A stretch of 56,189 bases of DNA from a virus (lineage: Duplodnaviria; Caudoviricetes): IMG/VR virus record IMGVR_UViG_3300025018_000180, positions 1 to 56,189 of that record; one strand, given 5' to 3'. Shown piece after piece: positions 48,086-56,189 of the stretch (position 1 is the first letter of the stretch; the number at the start of each line of letters is the position of its first letter). The notes beneath the pieces are model-generated. The model was given only the letters and a program-made list of their open reading frames with translations. It searched no databases and had not been told where the DNA came from. Both the position numbers and the translations under genes were made by a program.

Positions 48086-49204
48086 ATGGCATTAATATCA
48101 ACTGTTGACAGAAATAAATTATATCTTCAAGTAAAACACGAATTAGGGTATCCTATAAGACCAATCGAAATTAAAGATGAAATGATGGATTCTTACCTCG
48201 AAATGGTTATTGAAGATTATTCATCATATGTAAATGAATGGTTAATACAACAACAATGGGTTGGTTTACAGGGTCTTGAAGTAGATTCTCAAATATTCTT
48301 TGATGCGTTTGCTACAAAATCAAATAAATTCATGGAATCCTTTACTTATGCATATTCAAAACAAGTTGGTCTGGGTACTAACGCACCTGCTGCATATGGA
48401 TGGGAGTTAAAAAGAGATTTTATTGTTTGTTCTGCTCACACACAACATTATATAATACCAGCAGGTCGTGAAGTAAACGAAGTATTATGGGATACTCCAC
48501 CAGAAATTGATGGTGGTCTTATTGACCCTTTTGCTATGTCTAATTGGCAATCAAATGGTATGGGATGGAGTTATATGGGTCGTCCAGCAACTTATGTTCA
48601 ACCAACATATTCTTTGCTTTTAGCAGCACAAGACAGACGTACAAAAGAACGTATATTACAATCTGAATTAACATATCGTATTACTGGTATGGCTGATGGT
48701 AGAAAAATATTACATTTATACCCAATACCGGGTGGTAGATATGAAATTAGAAATAAATGGGGTAAACATTATGCAGGAAGAAAAGTATGGTATTTCTATT
48801 ACGATACCGATGGTGGTGATAGAGAAGATTGTTTAAAAACAAATAAAGATATAGTGAAATTACCCTCTGATGTTATAATTGATGTATTAGAATGGAATAG
48901 TTTAAATTCAGTTGCTCGTCAACAAATAAGAGATTTATTAATAGCTAAAACTAAAATAGTTATTGGTGGAATTCGTGGTTTCTATTCTGGTGATTTGGGT
49001 GTTGCACAAAAAGAAGTAACTTTAGATTATCGACATTTACTTGAAGAAGGTAAAGAAATGAAAGATGTTACTGTTCAAAGAATATATGATACACTTAATA
49101 AACTATCTTTGAGGCAATTAACCGAAGATAGAGCAGCAATAGCAGAAGCAGTTAACAGAGAACGTGGTTTTCAACCACCTAAATTTCCAATTGTAGGTAT
49201 ATAA
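48086..49204 (+). CDS. Neck/adaptor protein (T4 gp13-like)
   Basis: ELGYP...IEI..E start and a C-terminal G.IRG.YSG...VTLDY..LL.EG. Follows the capsid. Confidence 0.7.
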   Translation: MALISTVDRNKLYLQVKHELGYPIRPIEIKDEMMDSYLEMVIEDYSSYVNEWLIQQQWVGLQGLEVDSQIFFDAFATKSNKFMESFTYAYSKQVGLGTNAPAAYGWELKRDFIVCSAHTQHYIIPAGREVNEVLWDTPPEIDGGLIDPFAMSNWQSNGMGWSYMGRPATYVQPTYSLLLAAQDRRTKERILQSELTYRITGMADGRKILHLYPIPGGRYEIRNKWGKHYAGRKVWYFYYDTDGGDREDCLKTNKDIVKLPSDVIIDVLEWNSLNSVARQQIRDLLIAKTKIVIGGIRGFYSGDLGVAQKEVTLDYRHLLEEGKEMKDVTVQRIYDTLNKLSLRQLTEDRAAIAEAVNRERGFQPPKFPIVGI

Positions 49205-51010
49205 TTAGTGGTTGTTTGAGTATTTCAAACAACCACAGTCATATATTCTATAATATTCTCTTTCAATCATTATTTGATGTTCTGTTTTTAGTGAATCGTA
49301 ACCTTTTTTAATCAAAATATCTTTTCTAAAACCAAATCTATGATATCTAAAAACATCCCCACTATTTTTAATATAAAAATAATTTGGTTTTGATTCACCA
49401 ATAAGTTTCATACCTAGGTTTTTATATAAATTACCATTACTATACCTTTTATCTGCATATGAAATAACTTCTTTAGGGTTATAATTCTTAATGAAATAAT
49501 TATATAACTTACTTGCTCCACCAATAACCGTTGTGTTTAATTTATTACAAAACCTCAACAATTCATATTCCCCTTCTTTCGATGATGAGTTCATGAACTT
49601 ACGCTTCTTTCCAAACGTCATTAGTGAAACCAATTCATTTTTATGAAACAACCCCAATTTTATTTTCGACCCAACAAAGCCTTGAATATGATTATTTTCT
49701 AAAAATTCTTTAACTAGTTTATTATCATCAATTTGTTTAATTATTGTTTTTCTACCATATATTTTATTATCTGTTAATCCTAATTTGTTTTTAATTATTG
49801 ATTTAACAATTTCAGATTTATATATCCATTCATCTTCAAAAATATGTAATAATTGGATTCCTTGTTTTTCACATTCTTCTGTTTTATTTAAATGATAATT
49901 TTTATCAAGAAATTTATCTGAATGAAAATATAAACCATTAAATTCGATTGCTAAGTTATGCTCAGGAAAATACAAATCTAATTCTTTACCATTAAGAATT
50001 TTTCTATCATTTTCAATAATATTATTAATTCTCAATTCAGTTTTAATAAAATCAACAATTTCTTTTTCTTTGATTGATGATTGTTCCGAAACAGGATTAC
50101 ATTTTGTACATAGTGTTTTAATCCCATAGTTGAGTCTATTTCTAAGTACATCTTTTTTAATTTCAAAATCACAGTGGGTTTTACAAAAATTTTTTACAAT
50201 AAATAAACCATTAGAATACTTAATATTCTCTACTTTAATTTTGAGTTTTTTTGCCCAAATATTGATTGTTTTATTGTTTATTTTATTTTTATATTCTTCT
50301 GTTTTTGTGTAATTATCTTTATTATATTCATTTAAGCATGTCTGTTTTGCTTTTTCTCTATTATTATAGTTTTTATCTTTATATTTTATTAAAGAAGTAT
50401 CATTTGCCTTTTTTCTGTTATTATAGTTTTCATCACCATATCGTTCTAATGTTGTTTTTTTTGCTTTTTTTCTATTGGTAAATGATTTGCTATTATATTT
50501 TTTTATTTTGGTTGTTATTGTTTTTTCTTGAATATCACCATTTAATAATGTACAAGTTGTACCATATTTTTCTAAATTAGTTTTTTGTGTTTTTTCCTGT
50601 ACTATAATTGATTTTGAAGGATTATCAACACCATATTTTAATAAAGAAGTTTTTTTAGCACCATCTCTATTATTATAGTACACATCTCCATATTTATTTA
50701 ATTTTGTTTTTTTAACAGTATTTTTAAAAACATCGTCACTATTTTTACATTGTGTACTGCAATATTTTCCATAACCAAAATTAAAATTTTTAAAATTTAC
50801 ATAGTTATCACAGCATTTATTGAAACACTTTGGTTTTTCTTTTATGTTGTGAACAAATATATATAATTTTTCATACCAATTATTTACTATATTAATTGAT
50901 TGAATTTTTTCATATTCAACAGGGTGATTTTTTTTTAAATGTATTTCCCTTGTTTTATGTCCTGATTTGTTATCTGTTTTTAGATACTCTAATAATTCTA
51001 TTTTATTCAT
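49205..51010 (-). CDS. Putative homing endonuclease with KYG repeats
   Basis: K.T.L.KYG repeats, ELDLYFP...AIEFNGLYFHS nuclease, and C-terminal ELLRFC...GGASKL...SYAD...IYDCG. Confidence 0.8.
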   Translation of the reverse strand: MNKIELLEYLKTDNKSGHKTREIHLKKNHPVEYEKIQSINIVNNWYEKLYIFVHNIKEKPKCFNKCCDNYVNFKNFNFGYGKYCSTQCKNSDDVFKNTVKKTKLNKYGDVYYNNRDGAKKTSLLKYGVDNPSKSIIVQEKTQKTNLEKYGTTCTLLNGDIQEKTITTKIKKYNSKSFTNRKKAKKTTLERYGDENYNNRKKANDTSLIKYKDKNYNNREKAKQTCLNEYNKDNYTKTEEYKNKINNKTINIWAKKLKIKVENIKYSNGLFIVKNFCKTHCDFEIKKDVLRNRLNYGIKTLCTKCNPVSEQSSIKEKEIVDFIKTELRINNIIENDRKILNGKELDLYFPEHNLAIEFNGLYFHSDKFLDKNYHLNKTEECEKQGIQLLHIFEDEWIYKSEIVKSIIKNKLGLTDNKIYGRKTIIKQIDDNKLVKEFLENNHIQGFVGSKIKLGLFHKNELVSLMTFGKKRKFMNSSSKEGEYELLRFCNKLNTTVIGGASKLYNYFIKNYNPKEVISYADKRYSNGNLYKNLGMKLIGESKPNYFYIKNSGDVFRYHRFGFRKDILIKKGYDSLKTEHQIMIEREYYRIYDCGCLKYSNNH

Positions 51011-51416
51011 CCTTAAATTTTAAATTAATTAATGTTTCATTATCATTTTCAGCAAATTCATACAGAGTGTTAATTTCTTCAATATGAAACTTAATTAATT
51101 CTTCATTTAATAATCCGAATAAAACTTTATCTCCTATTTTTATTTTTCTACCGCTTTTATATATATCTCTTCTTTCTACCAACACATTATTATAATATTT
51201 CGGTGTTTTAAGATATGTTAGCATATCTTCATCTATGGGATTTGCTATTTGTAATTGAGTCTGGATTAACTCATTATTTTTTTTATTTAAAAAATTTTGT
51301 ATTTCCATATTTAATGCTTGTGACATTGTTAAATTTTTAGATTTACAAACCATTTTAAATTCTCTTTTTAGTTTTTCAGGAATTCTAATTATTAAATTTT
51401 CTTCTTTTTTCATCAT
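51003..51416 (-). CDS. Ribbon-helix-helix-like DNA-binding protein
   Basis: LIIRIPEKLKREFK..C....TMSQAL. Confidence 0.55.
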   Translation of the reverse strand: MMKKEENLIIRIPEKLKREFKMVCKSKNLTMSQALNMEIQNFLNKKNNELIQTQLQIANPIDEDMLTYLKTPKYYNNVLVERRDIYKSGRKIKIGDKVLFGLLNEELIKFHIEEINTLYEFAENDNETLINLKFKDE

Positions 51417-51640
51417 AAATTTTGTATATACTTTGTATTATTATTTCTTTACATAAATACACAAAAAAACCATAAAAGACAAATAATTTAGTATTTATAT
51501 TAAAACTATGTTAGAAAAAAATATTGAGTATAATAATTTAGTAGAATTCGGTAATAGTAATGAGGTTAATGCTGAAAATGTAGTAAGTATACAAATGCAT
51601 TACGATAAAAATAAAAAGAAATATATGACAACCATTAGTT

Positions 51641-52198
51641 ATGGGAAGAAAACGTAATAAGCAATTTTTTGATAGAGAGGAAAATCGTTATGGTTTATTC
51701 ATGAGCGAGAATTCGTTTAATTTAGACATTATGTACGGTAGAAATTACCTTCAAAACGATGTGGTTCATGAAATAAAAGTTTATAGAATTAATATTCTTG
51801 AATCTAAATCTCATAAACTATACGGTCAAGCTAAATCAAAAGATAAAAAATTTATGACACCAGTTAAAATTAATGCTATGGTTGGAGTAGAAGATAGTGA
51901 ACAAAAATTTTATGGTGAGGGTGAAGGTGGAATTTCACGTGATGATACAGGGGTATTAAATTTCGGTGTTTATATTCAAGAATTAAAAGAAAAAAATTTA
52001 GAAGTAAATAGAGGTGATATTATTGAATATAATATGAGTGGTGAGAATCCAAGATACTATGAAGTGGAGAAAGCAAATAATGTTATTGATACTACCTCAC
52101 AAACAATAGCGGGGTTTGCTCCTTACTGGAAATTAATTGTCGGTGTTCCTGTTAAAGAGGATGTTACACCGTATTTATTACAGGATAAATTAACATAA
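51641..52198 (+). CDS. Head closure/neck protein (gp14-like)
   Basis: VYRIN...LYGQ...GDII...YYEV pattern, located after the neck gene. Confidence 0.55.
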   Translation: MGRKRNKQFFDREENRYGLFMSENSFNLDIMYGRNYLQNDVVHEIKVYRINILESKSHKLYGQAKSKDKKFMTPVKINAMVGVEDSEQKFYGEGEGGISRDDTGVLNFGVYIQELKEKNLEVNRGDIIEYNMSGENPRYYEVEKANNVIDTTSQTIAGFAPYWKLIVGVPVKEDVTPYLLQDKLT

Positions 52199-52215
52199 TA
52201 TAAATTTTTATAATA

Positions 52216-53703
52216 ATGCCAGAACAAGAAAGATTCACACCAAAAGCAATGGGTAATGAGCCAACAAAAGGAGGTTCAATGTATGATACAAGTAAATCAA
52301 AAGAAGATTTAGGTCATTTAAGCGGTAGAGTTCCTATGCCAATAGGAAAATATAAAGGGAAATTCATAAAAGACGTTGTGGATATCGATTTACCTGAATT
52401 CATGAAAATGTTAGGTAATTTAAATAAGATTGCTGCAATGGAAACCCCACCCTCTAATTATCCCACAATACAACCTGCTCATGAAAAAATGAAAGAATTT
52501 GCACAGGAAAATGATTTAGAAAATAAGTTGAAAACATGGCAACCAGAAAAAAAAGCACCTAAGACTGAAATTGAACAACAAGTTGGTGATGAAGCATTTA
52601 TAGTTCCAGATGGTTTTGCTGTGGATATGATTGGACCAGCCGAAAGAGGTGATATTAGAAAAATAGGCACTAATAGAATGAATGTTTTATTATCTAAATT
52701 AAAACCAAGTGATGTTGAGAGATATCCTGATTTCATCAATTTAATTAAAACATATGTTAGTCAAACAGGTAATGAAGATAAAGGTTTAGAAAGTGGTGAT
52801 GCTAACGTAGTTCCAACAAACATATTTATGGGTGATGCTTCTAGATTTGTAAGAGATTTTGGTGGTCAACCACTTAATAATCTTGAAGATAATCAAAAAG
52901 CTAATATACATAGATATTTTACATATAGTCTTTATAAAGAACAACCCAATAAGTTTCAAGCACACAAGGCATTTTATGATAATTTAACAAAACAATTATT
53001 AAATAAAGATATAATTCGTGAAATGGATGGTCAATATTTATATCCCAATGATATAATATTTTATGAGAAATATAAAAATTCACAACCAGTAGGTAGTATT
53101 GGTGATGAAGCATTTCCCATTAATGTTGAAGTTATCCAAAAAGCTAATTCAAGATATCCAAAAAGAGACAATGCTGGTACACCATATTATCAATGGTTAT
53201 TTAAGGAACTAAACACCAATAATGTATTAGAATACAGGGATTATTCACCACCAAGTGCAAAATCAAAAGACCATGAAGGTCTTATATTTGATAATGAAAT
53301 GATGAATTTAAGACAAGCAGATGCTGCTCAAATAGAAGGAGACATTAAATACCACAACAAGTATAAAGGTGTTATGAGAACAAGAATTGATTCACCAACT
53401 TTTGTTGATAAGATTAAAGGTGGTGTAAAACCAGACAAAAATAAAGTAGACCCTGCAATAGCAGCTAGAAAACAAGATGATACAATAAAAAGAGATAAAG
53501 AAATGGGTCAAATGATTCCTAAAGATGTTGAAAAGGGTATTAGAAAAGATGTACAAAGGGATTTTAGAGACAAAGAACAAACAGATAAATTAGGCAATTT
53601 AGTTAATAAATATAAAGGAGAATCTGTAAAAAAAGAATCTCCTAGCCTAAACGAACATGTTCAAAGAATGTTAAATGTGGCTAACTATAAAGTGGTAAAA
53701 TAA
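52216..53703 (+). CDS. Hypothetical protein, possibly capsid-internal
   Basis: 495 aa. MPIGKYKG motif and C-terminal LNEHVQRML. Confidence 0.65.
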   Translation: MPEQERFTPKAMGNEPTKGGSMYDTSKSKEDLGHLSGRVPMPIGKYKGKFIKDVVDIDLPEFMKMLGNLNKIAAMETPPSNYPTIQPAHEKMKEFAQENDLENKLKTWQPEKKAPKTEIEQQVGDEAFIVPDGFAVDMIGPAERGDIRKIGTNRMNVLLSKLKPSDVERYPDFINLIKTYVSQTGNEDKGLESGDANVVPTNIFMGDASRFVRDFGGQPLNNLEDNQKANIHRYFTYSLYKEQPNKFQAHKAFYDNLTKQLLNKDIIREMDGQYLYPNDIIFYEKYKNSQPVGSIGDEAFPINVEVIQKANSRYPKRDNAGTPYYQWLFKELNTNNVLEYRDYSPPSAKSKDHEGLIFDNEMMNLRQADAAQIEGDIKYHNKYKGVMRTRIDSPTFVDKIKGGVKPDKNKVDPAIAARKQDDTIKRDKEMGQMIPKDVEKGIRKDVQRDFRDKEQTDKLGNLVNKYKGESVKKESPSLNEHVQRMLNVANYKVVK

Positions 53704-53731
53704 AAAAAGCTGGTGTTAAGCCAGCTTTTTT
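53702..53731. terminator. Bidirectional intrinsic terminator
   Basis: AAAAAAGCTGG-TGTTAAG-CCAGCTTTTTT between convergent genes. Confidence 0.8.
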
Positions 53732-54231
53732 GTGTTTAAGAGTTCTTTAAGAAAGGCAATATCTTTCCCAACTTCATTTATATATGATTCTTTTAAAATA
53801 TTCCATTGGTATGTATTATCTGCTGACACAAATATTTCTTTTTCTCCTACCCAATCATAAAAATCTGGATAGTCTTTACGATTGAATACTCTTTCATCAA
53901 CAATTAAACAAATTGCTGTTAATGCATCGTTTAAATCAGGTTCTTCGAAGATACTATATTTAATATTATTTGCAGATAATTGGTCAAGACATTGGTTTAG
54001 TGTTCCTTGTGGAATACCTGTACCTAATTCTCTTCTATTGTTAGTTGTTCCACCATTCAGTATAATCCAAGTTTTATGATTTTCAATAAAATCAATAAAT
54101 TCAGGGTCGTCTTTATATTCATGAGCATATTCTAATGCTGCATGTCCTGCTTGTATTCCTTTGGCAATTTCAGATATATTATACGGAACTAAGAAATACA
54201 TCCTTTTTTCTAAATTTTTATTATTTTTCAT
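53716..54231 (-). CDS. Peptidyl-tRNA hydrolase Pth2-like protein
   Basis: IQAGHAALEY, KTWIILNGG and FEEPDLNDALTAI. Confidence 0.65.
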   Translation of the reverse strand: MKNNKNLEKRMYFLVPYNISEIAKGIQAGHAALEYAHEYKDDPEFIDFIENHKTWIILNGGTTNNRRELGTGIPQGTLNQCLDQLSANNIKYSIFEEPDLNDALTAICLIVDERVFNRKDYPDFYDWVGEKEIFVSADNTYQWNILKESYINEVGKDIAFLKELLNTKKLA

Positions 54232-54242
54232 TTTATTCTATT

Positions 54243-55277
54243 TTAAAATATTTTTTTATTAATAATATCTACTGTTGTTTGTATCACCAATTCATTATTA
54301 TTAAAATAATCAATCTCGTTTATTCTAAATAAATTGATATTAAAATTGTTAATTAAAAAATCTTCTTTTATTTTATTTCTTAATTTTGATTTACCATACT
54401 TATGTTCAATTTCATCCCATTCTATACATATATTATATTTTTCAATATATCCATCAACCCAATATTTGATAAATTTTTTCTCTCCATTATTTAGTGCATG
54501 TTGAATAAATATTCCAGTACGTTTTGTAATTTCATCAAAAAAATCTATTGATGTTGGATTATATCTTGGGAAATGATTTTTCCAAATCTCACCATATTTT
54601 TCTATCGTTGTTTGTATTGCTTTTTCTCTAAAATGGTGTAAATTCATAACATTTTCAACACCGTATTTCAACATATTAGTATTTTTTATTTTTTCTCGTA
54701 TTATCTCTGATTTAAGTGGAGAATCAACACCATATTTTTTTAAATATGAAATTTTCTTTTTTTCTTTAATTTCTTTATTTTGATTATGACTTTCAACGCC
54801 ATATTTTTTTAAATTTGTGTTTTTTGTTTTTTGAAGATAGTTTTTTGTTTGGGTGTATGAATCAACACCATATTTTTCATTAAAAATTTTTTTCTTTTTT
54901 AATTTTATTTCATTAATCTGCGAAATATTTTCAACTCCATATTTTTTTAAATTTGTGTTTTTTGCTTTATTTCTATTATTATAATTTTTTTTATTATACT
55001 TAATTTCCATTGTATTATTCCTTTTAATATTTACATCAATATTATTTCTAACACATTTAGTAGAACAAAATTCATTATATTTTTTTTTGTTAATATTAAA
55101 CGAAACTTCGTTATTACAATTTTTACATATTGGAATGTTATTTAGATTATTAATATAATTATAATATTTTTGTGTAAAAATTTTTATGTTTAAATTTAAT
55201 GGATATTTATTTATTTTATCATATAAAACTTTACATTTCATTATTTTTTTTTCGGTTATTCTTGTTTTAATCATCAC
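54243..55277 (-). CDS. Putative homing endonuclease with KYGV repeats
   Basis: About seven TNLKKYGV-type repeats and a C-terminal YWVDGY...CIEWDE..H. Confidence 0.75.
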   Translation of the reverse strand: MMIKTRITEKKIMKCKVLYDKINKYPLNLNIKIFTQKYYNYINNLNNIPICKNCNNEVSFNINKKKYNEFCSTKCVRNNIDVNIKRNNTMEIKYNKKNYNNRNKAKNTNLKKYGVENISQINEIKLKKKKIFNEKYGVDSYTQTKNYLQKTKNTNLKKYGVESHNQNKEIKEKKKISYLKKYGVDSPLKSEIIREKIKNTNMLKYGVENVMNLHHFREKAIQTTIEKYGEIWKNHFPRYNPTSIDFFDEITKRTGIFIQHALNNGEKKFIKYWVDGYIEKYNICIEWDEIEHKYGKSKLRNKIKEDFLINNFNINLFRINEIDYFNNNELVIQTTVDIINKKIF

Positions 55278-55515
55278 AGATTTCGATTTTTAATTTATTT
55301 TTTATTTTTTCTATTTTAGAAATTATAATTGATTTTTCTTTTTCAGAGGGAAATATATTTAATTCCTCTCCGTATGATAAATACATATCAATTACAAAAA
55401 GAATAAATTTTTTATCATCATATGTTATATTTTTCCTTTTTAATATAATAAACATTGTTAGTGACAACAATAAAATAATTATTATTAGTAATATTAGTAA
55501 TGTCCATAGAATCAT
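55267..55515 (-). CDS. Small membrane protein
   Basis: Long N-terminal hydrophobic run. Confidence 0.5.
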   Translation of the reverse strand: MILWTLLILLIIIILLLSLTMFIILKRKNITYDDKKFILFVIDMYLSYGEELNIFPSEKEKSIIISKIEKIKNKLKIEICDD

Positions 55516-55878
55516 TTAAATTGTATTATAATATATTATTTTAACTTCTCTACCCATTTCTCTTGCTTTCTTAATCGAGTCCTCAGTTCCTCTACTCAAA
55601 GAATCCCAAAAAGCGATTATAATGTCGCTATTTTCAACGATATCGGTATTCCTTATAAATCCTGCACTCTTACCATACTTATTCCAATCAGGCTTAATTA
55701 TGAGCGTTTTAACACTATTCTCGTTCGCCCATTTCTCCCCTAATGAGTCAGCCCCAACCGCACCACCTGAGACAATAAGAAATACATCATTAAGATATTC
55801 ATCTAAAGTGTCTTTTAATAATTTATAATCATTGAATCCACGTGACCCGATAACTCCTATTTTAAGCTGTCCGTTCAT
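55516..55878 (-). CDS. SLOG-superfamily (DUF2493/YspA-like) protein
   Basis: IGSRGF, IVSGGAVGAD, YGKSAGFIRN and AFWDS.SRGT. Confidence 0.85.
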   Translation of the reverse strand: MNGQLKIGVIGSRGFNDYKLLKDTLDEYLNDVFLIVSGGAVGADSLGEKWANENSVKTLIIKPDWNKYGKSAGFIRNTDIVENSDIIIAFWDSLSRGTEDSIKKAREMGREVKIIYYNTI

Positions 55879-56189
55879 TGTTTACTTTATTTTCTTTAAG
55901 AACATTTATTAATCCCTCTTCACCACTCCCAATTTTACCGTAAAAATTACTATTAAACATTTTATCTACATATCTACTTTTCAATAGTTTGGTTAATTCT
56001 TCCTCACAACCCTCATAACCAATAATTTCAGGTTCTACATTATTTGATAATCCAAGGAACTAAAATTATACAACCTTTCATTATATTATGATATGTATTT
56101 CTACCCCAAGATTTAATAATCTTCTTTTTAAGTTTTCTATGTAAACGTTTAGGATTAATTATTTTCATTATTTTATTTTTATGTAATTA

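Noticed and set aside
54560-55000. Regularly spaced repeats resembling a CRISPR array
   Set aside because: Degenerate in-frame KYGV protein repeats, not identical repeats with spacers.
55880-56189. Fragmented minus-strand reading frames at the window end
   Set aside because: Possibly a decayed gene, but there is no recognisable motif to support a call.

Overview
AT-rich window from a large T4-like (jumbo) tailed phage. The host is probably Bacteroidota, inferred from TAnnTTTG promoter boxes and A-rich starts without Shine-Dalgarno sites. From left to right it holds repetitive fibre-like genes (1-7205); a minus-strand array of 11 tRNA or tRNA-like genes with an HNH gene, a nucleotidyltransferase and an HDV-like (theta) ribozyme (8280-10853); accessory genes including a solo TnpB; and the head module. 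The head module has a terminase split into two genes by a naturally split intein, a portal with three inteins, a prohead protease with one intein, a scaffold, the major capsid protein and neck proteins. The most striking item is not in the ORF track. A 35-codon leader peptide with mutually exclusive antiterminator and terminator hairpins (11053-11212, minus) sits directly upstream of the tRNA array, and its core codons specify exactly the amino acids served by those tRNAs. This suggests a ribosome-stalling attenuator that switches on phage tRNAs when the matching host tRNAs are depleted. All assignments come from reading motifs by eye; no searches were run.
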